Positions 13,851 through 27,344 of a stretch of DNA of 64,000 bases are shown piece after piece. The stretch is from assembly GCF_964355755.1 (NCBI RefSeq), contig NC_092680.1, forward strand, positions 7,936,001-8,000,000, written 5' to 3'. The notes below the pieces were generated by a model. That model saw only the letters and a list, made by a program, of their open reading frames with translations. It had not been told where the DNA came from and did not search any database. The position numbers were made by a program, and so were the translations under genes. Within the stretch, counting starts at the first letter, position 1. Each line of letters starts with the position of its first letter. The stretch comes from Antedon mediterranea (taxonomy: Eukaryota; Animalia; Echinodermata).

Positions 13851-14456
13851 AACAAACAAACGAAGCCTGTGTAAAGATCACATTGATGTGACATCTGCGC
13901 ATGCGTGTGTATTATTGTTGTAATAATTACACGGCGATTACATTAAACTGTGACAAACTTTCGTGTGAAAGCGTTCTAACCCTGTGAGATTATCACATAT
14001 TCCAGAGATATATCAATCTATAACTATTTGGTACATCTTGTTACATTAGTGTTGTTCGTGTGGTGTGACAACTCCAAAATTAATGTTATTATAGGTCAGA
14101 ATTTCTTTGTTTTGCCTCTGTAATTATACTTTATATTTATACAATATCAGTGCAATTAATAATAATTTAATTGTGTAATGAATATTGATTACCTTATTAT
14201 AATAGTATACTTTAAAATATACGTTGATTTTTGCATGCAACTCAATATCATTTCATGATATTGTGCCATAAAATATAACTGTATACATCGTGTAAGGTGG
14301 CTACAAAATTTAACCAACTATTTTGTATTTGCGTCTTTAATTTTGATAGTGAAATTTAATCTCAAAAAGGTGTTAAACATCATGTTTAATATTCTAATAA
14401 GTGATTTAATAATGTAATGGGTTTGATTGGTATGTTTTAAGAATTGAGAGAGAATA

Positions 14457-14978
14457 TTGATCGATTGATTACTGCCTCTCCGCTGAAAAGTCTGCCGACA
14501 TTTCCGCTTGGGCTGCTTCGTAAATCTCTTACCAGTTTCTTCCAATCGGATCTTTCATTGGCTAGTTCTTTAAGTTGTTTGATTTCTTTCTTGGTTTTCA
14601 ATTGTCCAGGATAATTGATGTTTGTGTTCTGCTTATAAAGGGTGAGTAGGTCGTTTCTGAGAGTTATTTGTAGGGTGGTTCTCGGTCTTCCTCAAAATTT
14701 TATATTGTGTAGTGTTGCTGAAATAATAGCTTGTTGCTGTGGTGACCCAATAGTCTCCATCTTGCCTCGACTATTTCTAACGAAATTGGTTTCGTTCCTG
14801 TCCTTCTGTATCAATTTATGTTCGATATCCTGTCTGGGAACCTGATACCTATGATTTTGCGAAGTTGCTGTCTGTGAAATGTGTCAAGTTTATGTGCTTC
14901 TTCTTTTGTGAGTCCCCATGTTTCAGAATCGTAGAGTAATATTATTTTAACTAGTGAGTTGTACAGCTTGATGCGTAT
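14457..14978 (-). mobile_element. 5'-truncated RTE-like non-LTR retrotransposon fragment
   Basis: Minus strand reads IRIKLYNSLVKIILLYDSETWGLTKEEAHKLDTFHRQQLRKIIGIRFPDRISN..RWRLLGH (post-RT region of RTE elements), ending in a (caat)n-like tail; contains stops. Confidence 0.8.
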
Positions 14979-15183
14979 TGAGAATATATCGTATGATATT
15001 ATTATCTAAGTTAATATGTGCAGTAGCTTGTTTTTTATGCATGATATGAATTTTAATCAACAACATTTGTTTTTCTTACATTTTAGAATACTGTACATAA
15101 TACATCATAGTATGCTGTTTAAAGGAATTATATAATGTGGTATGCACATGTTACAAACTGCTTAATATAGCACTATCATTGCT

Positions 15184-18100
15184 TAATAATTGAATTTTAA
15201 AAAGTGCGTATTCCGACCATTTTTCGTTTGGGATCTGCGCATGTCAATTATGCTATAGTAACAAGTTTTATCGAAAAATAAAAAGGTCGAAATTTGGTCA
15301 TTTTTTGACATAAAATGGTTACTATAGCATAATAAACATGCGCAGAGTCGAATTGGGATCTCAATTATGCTATAGTAACCAGTTTTATCGAAAAATAAAA
15401 AGGTCGGAATTTGGTCATTTTTTGAAAAAATCCCTGTACTATTATAGTACAGGAAAATTTTCGAAAAAATGCCATTTATCGACCCTTTTATTTTTTGACA
15501 TAAATGGTTACTATAGCATAATAAACATGCGCAGAGTTGAATATTGGGATCTGCGCATCTCAATTATGCTATAGTAACCAGTTTTATCGGAAAATAAAAA
15601 GGTTGGAATTTGGTCATTTTTTGAAAAATCCCTGTACTATAGTACAGGGAAATTTTCGACGAAAGCCATTTATCGACCCTTTCATTTTTTGACATAAATG
15701 GTTACTATAGCATAATAAACATGCGCAGAGTCGAATAGTGGGATCTGCGCATGTCAATTATGCTATTTAGTAACCAGTTTTATCGAAAAATAAAAAGGTT
15801 GAAATTTGGTCATTTTTTGGACATAAAATGGTTACTATAGCATAATAAACATGCACAGAGTCGAATAATTGGTTCTGCACATGTCAATTATGCTATAGTA
15901 TCAAGTTTTATCGAAAAATAAAAAGGTTGAAATTTGGTCATTTTTTTGACATAAAATGGTTACTATAGCATAATAAACATGCGCAGAGTCGAATATTAGG
16001 ATCTGCGCATGTCAATTATGCTATAGCAACCAGTTTTATCGAAAAATAAAAAGGTCGGAATTTGGTCATTTTTTTAAAAATCCCTGTACTATTATAGTAC
16101 AGGAAAATTTTCGAAAAAATGCCATTTATCGACCCTTTTATTTTTTAACATAAATGGTTACTATAGCATAATAAACATGCACAGAGTCGAATATTGGGAT
16201 CTGCGCATGTCAATTATGCTATAGTAACCAGTTTTATCGAAAAATAAAAAGGTCGGAATTTGGTCATTTTTTAAAAAATCCCTGTACTATAGTACAGGGA
16301 AATTTTCGAAGAAAGCCATTTATAGACCCTTTCATTTTTTGACATAAATGGTTACTATAGCATAATAAACATGCGCAGAGTCGAATAGTGGGATCTGCGC
16401 ATGTCAATTATGCTATTTAGTAACCAGTTTTATCGAAAAATAAAAAGGTCGGAATTTGTTCATTTTTTGAAAAAATCCCTGTACTATAGTACAGGGAAAT
16501 TTTCGAAAAATTGCCATTTTTCGATCCTTTTATTTTTTAACATAAATGGTTACAGTTTTATCGAAAAATAAAAAGGTTGAAATTTGGCAATTTTTTGGAA
16601 AAATCCATGTACTATAGTAAAGGGAAAATTTTCGAAAAAGGGCAATATTTCGACCCTTTTATTTTTTTGACATAAATGGTTACTATAGCATAATAAACAT
16701 GCGCAGAGTCGATTATTGGGATCTGCGCATGTCAATTATGCTATAGTAACCAGTTTTATCGAAAAATAAAAAGGTTGAAATTTGGTCATTTTTTGACATA
16801 AAATGGTTACTATAGCATAATAAACATGCACAGAGTCGAATATGGGGATCTGCGCATGTTAATTATGATATAGTAACCATTTTAATCGAAAAATAAAAAG
16901 GTCGGAATTTGGTCATTTTTTGAAAAAATCCATGTACTATAGTAAAGGGAAAATTTTCGAAAAAGGGCAATATTTCGACCCTTTTATTTTTTGACATAAA
17001 TGGTTACTATAGCATAATAAACATGCGCAGAGTCGATTATTGGGATCTGCGCATGTCAATTATGCTATAGTAACCAGTTTTATCGAAAAATAAAAAGGTT
17101 GAAATTTGGTCATTTTTTGACATAAAATGGTTACTATAGCATAATAAACATGCACAGAGTCGAATATGGGGATCTGCGCATGTTAATTATGATATAGTAA
17201 CCATTTTAATCGAAAAATAAAAAGGTCGGAATTTGGTCATTTTTTGAAAAAATCCCTGTACTATAATAGGACAATTTTCGAAAAATTGCCATTTTTCGAC
17301 CCTTTTATTTTTTGACATATATGGTTACTATAGCATAATAAACATGCGCAGAGTCGATTATTGGGATGTGCGCATGTCAATTATGCTATAGTAACCAGTT
17401 TTATCGAAAAATAAAAAGGTTAAAATTTGGTCATTTTTTGACATAAAATGGTTACTATAGCATAATAAACATGCACAGAGTCGAATATTGGGATCTGCGC
17501 ATGTTAATTATGATATAGTAACCATTTTAATCGAAAAATAAAAAGGTCGGAATTTGGCAATGTTTTGAAAAAATCCATGTACTATAGTAAAGGGAAATTT
17601 CGAAAAAAGGCAATATTTCGACCCTTTTATTTTTTTGACATAAATGGTTACCATAGCATAATCAACGTGCGCAAAGTCAAATATTGGGATCTGCGCATCT
17701 CAATTATGCTATAGTAACCAGTTTTATCGGAAAATAAAAAGGTTGGAATTTGGTCATTTTTTGAAAAAATCCCTGTACTATAGGCCTAATAGGACAATTT
17801 TCGAAAAATTGCCATTTTTCGACCCTTTTTATTTTTTGACATAAATGGTTACTATAGCATAATAAACATGCGCAGAGTCGATTATTGGGATCTGCGCATC
17901 TCAATTATGCTATAGTAACCAGTTTTATCGAAAAATAAAAAGGTTGAAATTTGGTCATTTTTTGACATAAAATGGTTACTATAGCATAATAACCATGCAC
18001 AGAGTCGAATATTGGGATCGGAAGTTGGTCATTTTTTGAAAAAATCCCTGTACAATAATAGGACAATTTTCGAAAAATTGCCATTTTTCGACCCTTTTAT

Positions 18101-21100
18101 TTTTTGACATCTATGGTTACTATAGCATAATAAACATGCGCAGAGTCGATTATTGGGATGTGCGCATGTCAATTATGCTATAGTAACCAGTTTTATCGAA
18201 AAATAAAAAGGTTGAAATTTGGTCATTTTTTGACATAAAATGGTTGCTATAGCATAATAAACATGCACAGAGTCGAATATTGGGATCTGCGCATGTTAAT
18301 TATGATATAGTAACCATTTTAATCGAAAAATAAAAAGGTCGGAATTTGGCAATGTTTTGAAAAAATCCATGTACTATAGTAAAGGGAAATTTCGAAAAAA
18401 GGCAATATTTCGACCCTTTTATTTTTTTGACATAAATGGTTACCATAGCATAATCAACATGCGCAGAGTCGAATATTGGGATCTGCGCATCTCAATTATG
18501 CTATAGTAACCAGTTTTATCGGAAAATAAAAAGGTTTGAATTTGGTCATTTTTTGAAAAAATCCCTGTACTATAGGCCTAATAGGACAATTTTCGAAAAA
18601 TTGCCATTTTTCGACCCTTTTTATTTTTTGACATAAATAATAAACATGCGCAGAGTCGATTATTGGGATCTGCGCATGTCAATTATGCTATAGTAACCAG
18701 TTTTATCGAAAAATAAAAAGGTTGAAATTTGGTCATTTTTTGACATAAAATGGTTACTATAGCATAATAACCATGCACAGAGTCGAATATTGGGATCTGC
18801 GCATGTTAATTATGATATAGTAACCATTTTAATCGAAAAATAAAAAGGTCGAAATTTGGCAATTTTTTTGAAAAAATCCATGTACTATAGTAAAGGGAAA
18901 TTTTCGAAAAAAGGCAATATTTCGACCCTTTTATTTTTTTGACATAAATGGTTACCATAGCATAATCAACATGCGCAGAGTCGATTATTGGGATCTGCGC
19001 ATTTCAATTATGCTATAGTAACCAGTTTTATCGAAAAATAAAAAGGTTGAAATTTGGTCATTTTTTGACATAAAATGGTTACTATAGTATTACTATTACA
19101 GGGTAATTTTCGAAAAAAAGGCAATTTTTCAACCATTTTATTTTTTGACATAAATGGTTACTATAGCATAATAAACATGCGCAGAGTCGAATATTGGGAT
19201 CTGCGCATCTCAATTATGCTATAGTAACCTGTACAGGAAAATTTTGGAAAAAAAGGTCATTTACAACCCTTTTTATTTTTTGACATAAATGGTTACTATA
19301 GCATAATACACATGCGCAGAGTCAAATAAGGTCGGAATTTGGTCATTTTTTGAAAAAATTCCTGTACTATAGTACAGAGAAATTTTCGAAAAATTTCCAT
19401 TTTTCGATCATTTTATTTTTTTATCGAAAAATAAAAAGGTTGAAATTTGGTCATTTTTTGACATAAAATGGTTACTATAGCATAATAAACATGCACAGAG
19501 TCGAATATTGGGATCTGCGCATGTTAATTATGATATAGTAACCATTTTAATCGAAAAATAAAAAGGTCGGAATTTGGCAATGTTTTGAAAAAATCCATGT
19601 ACTATAGTAAATGGAAATTTCGAAAAAAGGCAATATTTCGACCCTTTTATTTTTTTGACATAAATGGTTACCATAGCATAATCAACATGCGCAGAGTCGA
19701 ATATTGGGATCTGCGCATCTCAATTATGCTATAGTAACCAGTTTTATCGGAAAATAAAAAGGTTGGAATTTGGTCATTTTTTGAAAAAATCCCTGTACTA
19801 TAGGCCTAATAGGAAAATTTTCGAAAAATTGCCATTTTTCGACCCTTTTTATTTTTTGACATAAATGGTTACTATAGCATAATAAACATGCGCAGAGTCG
19901 ATTATTGGGATCTGCGCATGTCAATTATGCTATAGTAACCAGTTTTATCGAAAAACAAAAAGGTTGAAATTTGGTCATTTTTTGACATAAAATGGTTACT
20001 ATAGTATTACTATTACAGGGTAATTTTCGAAAAAAAGGCAATTTTTCAACCATTTTATTTTTTGACATAAATGGTTACTATAGCATAATAAACATGCGCA
20101 GAGTCGAATATTGGGATCTGCGCATCTCAATTATGCTATAGTAACCTGTACAGGAAAATTTTGGGAAAAAAGGTCATTTACAACCCTTTATATTTTTTGA
20201 CATAAATGGTTACTATAGCATAATACACATGCGCAGAGTCAAATAAGGTCGGAATTTGGTCATTTTTTGAAAAAATCCCTGTACTATAGTACAGAGAAAT
20301 TTTTGAAAAATTTCAATTTTTCGATCATTTTATTTTTTTATCGAAAAATAAAAAGGTTGAAATGTGATCATTTTTTAGATAAAATGGTTACTATAGCATA
20401 ATAAACATGCGCAGAGTCAAATATTGGGATCTGCGTATGTCAATTATGCTATAGTAACCAGTTTTATCGAAAAATAAAAAGGTCGGAAGTTGGTCATTTT
20501 TTGAAAAAATCCCTGTACTATTAGTACAGGGAAATTTTCGAAAAAATTGCCATTTTTCGATCCTTTTATTTTTTGACATAAATGGTTACTATAGCATAAT
20601 AAACATACGCAGAGTCGAATATTGGGATCTGCGCATTTCAATTATGCTTTAGTAACAAGTTTTATCGAAAAATAAAAAGGTTGAAATTTGGTCATTTTTT
20701 GACATAAAATGTTTACTATAGCATAATAAAAATGCGCAGAGTCGAATAATTGGTTCTGCACAAGTCAATTATGCTATAGTAACAAGTTTTATAGAAAAAG
20801 GTCGAAAGTTGGCAATTTTATGAAAAAAAATCCCTGTACTATAGTGTTATTCACAATAGTGTTACTAATGTATATGATCAAGGCTTTCGATTCGGTGAAC
20901 AGGGGGAAACTATTAACAGATCTCAAGAAGGTCTTGAATGATGACGAACTACACATGGTCTCACTTCTACTAAAAGACGTCAAACTGAGTGTACGATGTG
21001 GTAGTACAATAGGCGAATCTTTTACAACCAACATCGGTCCAGTGCTCTTCACTCTTTATCTTGCTAGAGCACTGGAACACGATGATGAAAATCAACAACT

Positions 21101-22425
21101 ACCACAATCATTATTAATAATGGATCAACAATTATGCAGACGACATCTGATGGGTGTCAAATTCAAAAACGCAAGTCGAAGAAGTTAAGAAGACCATACC
21201 TAAGAAACTAGAAAGCAGAAACCTAATCATAAACAACACTAAAACAGAAGAATATATAATCAAACGAAAGGGAGATGAATCATGGAAAAAATGTAAATAT
21301 CTAGGATCGCTAATTGACACAGATAACGATATGAAACGCCGAAAACAACTCGCAATATCAGCCTTCAACAACTACAAAGAAATTCTAACAAGCAAAAACT
21401 TATCACTAGAAGTAAGAATGAGACTATTCAATGTATACGTCAGAAGCATATTCATGTACAACTCAGAATTATAACCAATAACCAAAAAACAAGAGGACGA
21501 AATTGACTGTTTCCATGGGAAATTATTAAGAACAATTATAAAAATTAAGTGGGCGTACACAATCAGATATATAGAACTATATAGCAGAACGAAAGAACTA
21601 AAATGGTCAAATATAATAAGGAAAAGAAAATACAAATGGACCGAACATTATGGTAAGGCTTCCAATGGACACTCCAGCCAAATTAGCGTTGACAGAATCA
21701 ATTCGAAAAGTTAAAAGACCAAAAACTACCTAGATAGGAAACATAAATAAAGAACTCAAAAAAGCAAATCGATCGCAAAATTAATGACAGACCATCAGAC
21801 CACCGAAAGAGAGTCATGGAAACGATTAGCGTACGCAATGTCTACCCAAGACGAATAGCATAACGGATGATGATGTACAGGTAAATTTTCGAAAAAATAA
21901 TAAGGTCGAAATTTTGCCATTTTTCGACCCTTTTATTATTTGGCATAAATGGTTACTATAGCATAATGAATATGCGCAGAGTCGAATATTGGGTTCTGCA
22001 CATGTAAATTATGCTATAGCAACCAGTTTTATCGAAAAATAAAAAGGTCGAAAATTGGCAATTTTAGAAAATTTCCCTGTGCTAATAATACAGGGATTTT
22101 TTTTCGAAAAATGACCAAAATACGCATTATTGCATAATAATTGAATTTTGAAAAGTGCGTATTTTGACACGGAAATTATCGAAAAATAACCAAAATAGAT
22201 TGTTACAATATCATAATTGACATGCGCAGAATCATAAAATGTGTTATGCGAATGTTAATTATGATATGTCGACCATTTTTGTCGAACAATTGCCAATTTT
22301 GAAAAATATCCCTGTACTATATAGTACATGGATTTTTCCGAAAAAATTGCCTTTTATTTTTTTTTAACAGAACTGGTTACTATATCATAATTGACATGCG
22401 CGCGTAGAATCATAAATGTGTTCTG
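15184..22425. repeat. Complex palindromic satellite (~195-bp and ~127-bp units), interrupted by a LINE at 20846-21874
   Basis: Roughly 35 units containing attatgctatagtaacca...ccctgtactatagtacaggga...tggttactatagcataat and catgcgcaga-gtcgaatattggga-tctgcgcatg. The short unit is the long unit minus its central arm. Confidence 0.95.
20846..21874 (+). mobile_element. 5'-truncated, decayed RTE-like LINE (reverse transcriptase fragment)
   Basis: KAFDSVNR (RT), PVLFTLYL, YADD at 21133-21144, KYLGS and RMRLFNVYVRSIFMYNSEL spread over frameshifts; ends in a (gat)n tail. Confidence 0.9.
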
Positions 22426-22792
22426 AAAGTTTTATATATTATTTAAATATAAATGATAATTGCAAGCATATATAAAGCAAACAAGTACGGTATAGAGCTT
22501 AACCATTTGATAGTAGTATCAATATTATCTTTCAAATAGTGATTGCATCGATGATTAAACTTACCCAAACATTCACTTATGTAATTATCAGCCATTACTG
22601 ATAATTAGGCTACGCAGTTTATTATGATTACTATTTTGTACAATCATCTACCTTTGTAAGGGCAAAGTCTTTCTTAAACACCCTATTTATTTTTAAATAA
22701 TTGCTGTATATATTAGGACAGATTACACTGTACCGTAAGGTGGTCTGTACGATTCTCTTCAACAAAAAACGCTATTGAATATTATACTGATC

Positions 22793-25700
22793 ATGGACGC
22801 AGTTGCAACTTGGCTACGTGTATTATTTTTCATTGTTTTCTACCTTATATGCCCAGGTCTTTGTGGAGGTTAGTGTGCTTTGAATGTTTTTTCTATTTCT
22901 CTGACAAATCCCTTCGAATGTTAGCCCGTGAATTTTGAAAAGAAGCTGCTCTTCTATAAGGGTCTGAAAAAAATTAATATCCATATTGCAATTTAAAATT
23001 ATTGAATAACATGTCTGAATTATTTTAATTTGATTTTTTTTTCATATTAAATATTTTACTACAGTTGGTGATTGTGATTTTGAAGACGACCTGTGTGGTT
23101 GGACCAACTCATTTAATGACAATTTTGATTGGGGTCGACGACGTTTTCCGACCAGAACCCCACTTACTGGTCCAACAAGTGACCACACGTCTGGAAGTAA
23201 GTAAACTTACTGCATGTTAAACACTGTTATTTACTTTTACTACCTACTTACAAAACTGTGTAAGAGAGAATATGTACCAGTCTTTACTTTGTACCGCCTG
23301 GTTCTATTATGGCAGAAGAATACCAATATGGCCGTGCCATCCGACCTATAGTTAAATAAATGAATATACATTTTTCTTTTCTTCCAATTTTAACAAAATA
23401 TAATACACTTATGCTCACTTTATTTCGAAAATACGTTATATCTCAACTATGGATGGGAACAAACACAATTCATTACTGTATGTTCCCCTATCAAGCATTA
23501 TCTATAGTATTACTGTTATAATCATAGAATGTTGCATTATCTTGTCTGTAATGTATTTACTTAGACATGATATCTGCTCTTTATTTATTTAATCTTATTT
23601 TAGGTGGACAGTTTGTTTACATGGAAGGAAATAATGCACGGAATGGTAGTTCTGCAAAGTTAGTCAGTCCACTTCTTTACCCATCCTCTTCCAGTTTGAA
23701 ATTGAATATCCTGTATTTTTGGTACAGCATGTGGGACTTACTAGGCGGTAATATGGGAACACTTAATGTGTGGATGATGCATGATGAAAGACTAGGGAAT
23801 GAACCTATATGGAGTCGCAACGGCCCACAGACAAAACGCTCCGAGTGGCGAGAAGTTGAACTTGTTTTGCATTCGGCGTCTCCTTTCCAGGTACTATTAT
23901 ATATTATTTACGAATTAGAGTTAAATGTGGAAAATCATGGGGTCATTCTAAAACTCAATTAAAGATTCAACCAGACAATATTAACACTAATCATTCGTAA
24001 ATAATAATGTATCATTTTGTTACTTCTCTCCTAAATTAATAAACCCGTGTAGTGTACCCGGACAAATATCTGATTATATCTGAAATAACTTTGGAATTAT
24101 ACGGGCAAAATAACTCCAGATTAACTTCGCATTTGAATGGCAGTGTAAAAAGTGTATTATACACAATGTGCGCTGTATTATTTCATAACGTTCTAAAATA
24201 GTTTAAAACATTTATTTATCAGTTTGAGTAATATTATTCAACTTGTTTATATTTGTAACCACTAGATTGTATTTGAGGGCGTAATTGGAAATGGAGACAG
24301 GTCTGATATTGGGATTGATGACATTGAATTGATAACAAGTGGTAAGTAAAGACTCATATTGAAGGGATATCTCCTGAATAAGGAATTGTCCGTACATGTC
24401 CACGTGTTAAGTGTCCCCTTAGTAGTAAGAGTAGAGTAATCTATATGCACAGTACGACGAGCCCCGACGAAAGGTCTTGACTCGTTTAATTCCGACGAGA
24501 CGACTCGTCTTGAGATACCGTTGGGCGTAGTTTTTAGGTCATCGCAAGGACTTTAAACATGTCAACTTTTTTTCCGACGAGACTACTCGTCCGGCCTCGT
24601 CGTACGACGCTGTCTTAGTTGGCCATTAATGACAACAATTATAAAGGCTGGGATTATTACAAGGCCTATTAAATGACAACAGAAGACTACAAGCCTACCA
24701 GCTTAGCCAGCTACCACCTTCACTCTGAAAGACTTACTCCTAGACGTAGAGGTGTATTGTAGGATATCTTGTGTTTGTTTGTCCTGTGAAACGGATTATC
24801 ATCTCCAGTAACAATCACTCATTGGTTGCCTGTTTGTAAATAAAACCCCGTACAATATGAATATGTTATATATTGTATTATTTGTAATATAGATATACCT
24901 AAAACGTGTGATTTTGAAGGAGGAAATTTGGGTCCATTTTGCGGTTTTTATCAAGACGATCAAGATGATTTTGATTGGTCACTACAAAGTGGTGAAACTC
25001 CTACACTTGATACTGGTCCTCTTTCTGATTTCACTTTCCAAAACAAATCTGGTAAAGGTAAGTTATGTATAATATATGATTTCATCAACAACAAAAATAC
25101 AGTTTAATAATGATAGTTATTATAGGAAAATATTATTTTCAGTTTGATTGATTCTGACCGCTGCGACAAAATGTATTTTAAGAATTATTATGGTGACCAT
25201 AAAGTAGTATAGGTATAACTGAGTTTAGAAATGTGGGTTCGGAAGCTTGAGGATGACGCTATTCAAAAGCAAGAGAAGTAATTGTATTCTTTAATCAGTC
25301 ATGTTAAATCATGGTCGAAATCTATGACGATGGCATGTATTTTGTTTCTAGGACATTACATTTTTATTGAAACAACAAGACCAGACGACGAAAAATCAGC
25401 CCGTCTCATCGGGCTACCTTACTTTAAAGAACCAGATAGCCGTTGTACTTTAGACTTTAAATACCATACGTTTGGGGCTAATATTGGCGAACTAAACATT
25501 TACGTACAGAATAAGAAATTGTGGTCATCGAAACAAAATGGAAGTGTTGCCGACCGATGGCAAGATGGTAGCATCGATCTAAGAAACATCTTTGGATATT
25601 ACCAGGTAAATAGTATTACATTTTACACACACAATATGTAAAAACTGTCATCTATATTTTTGTTATTTGCATGTCTGCCGATTCTCCTCTAGTATGATGG

Positions 25701-27344
25701 TAATTAAATATAAGCAAGTTCCGTTATTACATGGTCGTATGTGATATTAGAGTGACACTATTTTGTATTAACTTAAGGTTGAAATTGAAGGCATTCGAGG
25801 AAATGGGAACTTGGGTGATATTGCAGTTGATGATATATTGTTAAATGGAAGAGGATGTACAGGTAGGCATAATAGCTTTACTTACTAGATCGTCATTAAC
25901 GGTTAAGAAATTACCATAATTCAAGGAATAAACGATACTACTGATGTTTTCGAGCTTTTAACACATTTTACATTTTAATGATTAAAATATTTCAGTTATC
26001 TACTCCATTTTAAGTTAAGATATTTATTCATAGTCCTACCATTGAGGAACGAATGTCTTTAAGCTAATTTTATTAAATTGTGATAAGTGCGATATTAAGG
26101 AAGAAGAAGATTAAACATGATCTTCTTTTTCGATATTTATTGTAATTTTTATTTTTTTTCTATTATTGCTATATTAATATTACTAACAATTTCATTGAAA
26201 TAATAGATATTGACAAATGTGCAAGTAATCCTTGTCAGAATGGCGGAACTTGTGACCAATCTTCATCTCAGTTTAAATGCGCATGCCCACCAGGATGGAC
26301 TGGATTGTATTGTCAATTAGGTAAAGTAATCAACGTTATTGTTTGCTCATAAAATAATGTCAAATAATAATCATTTTGTTAAAGAATATTTATTTCAAAT
26401 GTATAAACATAAGTGGTCTGTAATTTGTACTGCGATCAAGGGGGAACTTTCCGTGGAACGATCGAGGGGAAATAAATGACCTCATAGTTCAAAACAATTA
26501 GAGGTTCTCATTGTATTTTAGATATTCAAGAATGTCGAAGCGACCCCTGCATTGAACCAAAGTCTCGATGTGTTGAAGAATTGAATGGTTACACTTGTGA
26601 ATGTCAGAAGGGACATGTTGGTGACAATTGCCAATCGTGCAATGACCACTGGAAAGAACCAGATTGCAGTACTTGCCAACCTCAGTGGTCAGGAGAAAAC
26701 TGCGACGTCTGTTCTAATGCCTGGATTGGTGTGGCTTGTGACGTGTGTCCAGAAAACTGGGCTGGTTCTAACTGTAACGAGTGTAGCAATGGATGGATGG
26801 GATCAGACTGTGACGAATGTTCCGATAAATGGACCGGAGACAAATGCGACAAGTGTAATGATGGCTGGAAAGGCATTGATTGTGAAGGTAAGTGGTCATC
26901 GAATTGAACATCGAATTTAATAATAATATACTACAATCGAATTATTATTTTTTTATTATTCTTATAATTATACACCAATGCTCCAATCGGCCGTTTACCA
27001 ACATATAAAGGTAGGCCTATAGTTGAATTCAGTTAAATTGGCTTATTTTGTGTCAACTTTCATCGAATGATCTCATTACAATGTAATACTAAGGTTTTTT
27101 TTAATTTTTAGTATCAGACGATGGAGAAAGTGACGAAAATAAAGGAATAGACCCTGAAAATGTTTCTTTAATTATTGCTGGAACTGTAGGAGGCGCTCTC
27201 GTAATTTTGATTACTTCAACTTTTGTCGTTTATTGTAAACGAAAAAAGCGTGATGATGATGAAGAATTGAAAATTGACAGTGAAATCAAAATGTCTGAAA
27301 AAGCAGATGGAACAGAAGGGCATTACAATAAAACAGATTTATGA
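22793..27344 (+). CDS. Type I membrane protein: signal peptide, 2 MAM, 2 EGF-like, 7 x 12-aa Cys/Trp repeats, TM, short tail (10 exons)
   Basis: Exons 22793-22868 (MDAVATWLRVLFFIVFYLICPGLCG), 23065-23196 (CDFEDDLCGW..DNFDW..TGPTSDHT), 23604-23890, 24266-24341 (IGIDDI), 24893-25057, 25352-25605, 25778-25862 (IAVDDI), 26207-26320 (EGF), 26522-26887, 27112-27344 (TM LIIAGTVGGALVILITSTFVVYC, KRKK, ends KTDL*). All phases compatible. Confidence 0.9.
24452..24605. mobile_element. Palindromic MITE-like remnant
   Basis: gtacgacgagccccgacga ... tcgtccggcctcgtcgtac inverted arms with internal ccgacgagac repeats. Confidence 0.55.

Noticed and set aside
15183-20641. Repeated ORFs (MRCADPNNRLCACLLCYSNHLCQK...) as a Cys-rich peptide family
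   Set aside because: They are translations of the satellite; frames break at homopolymer indels and there is no signal peptide or splice structure.
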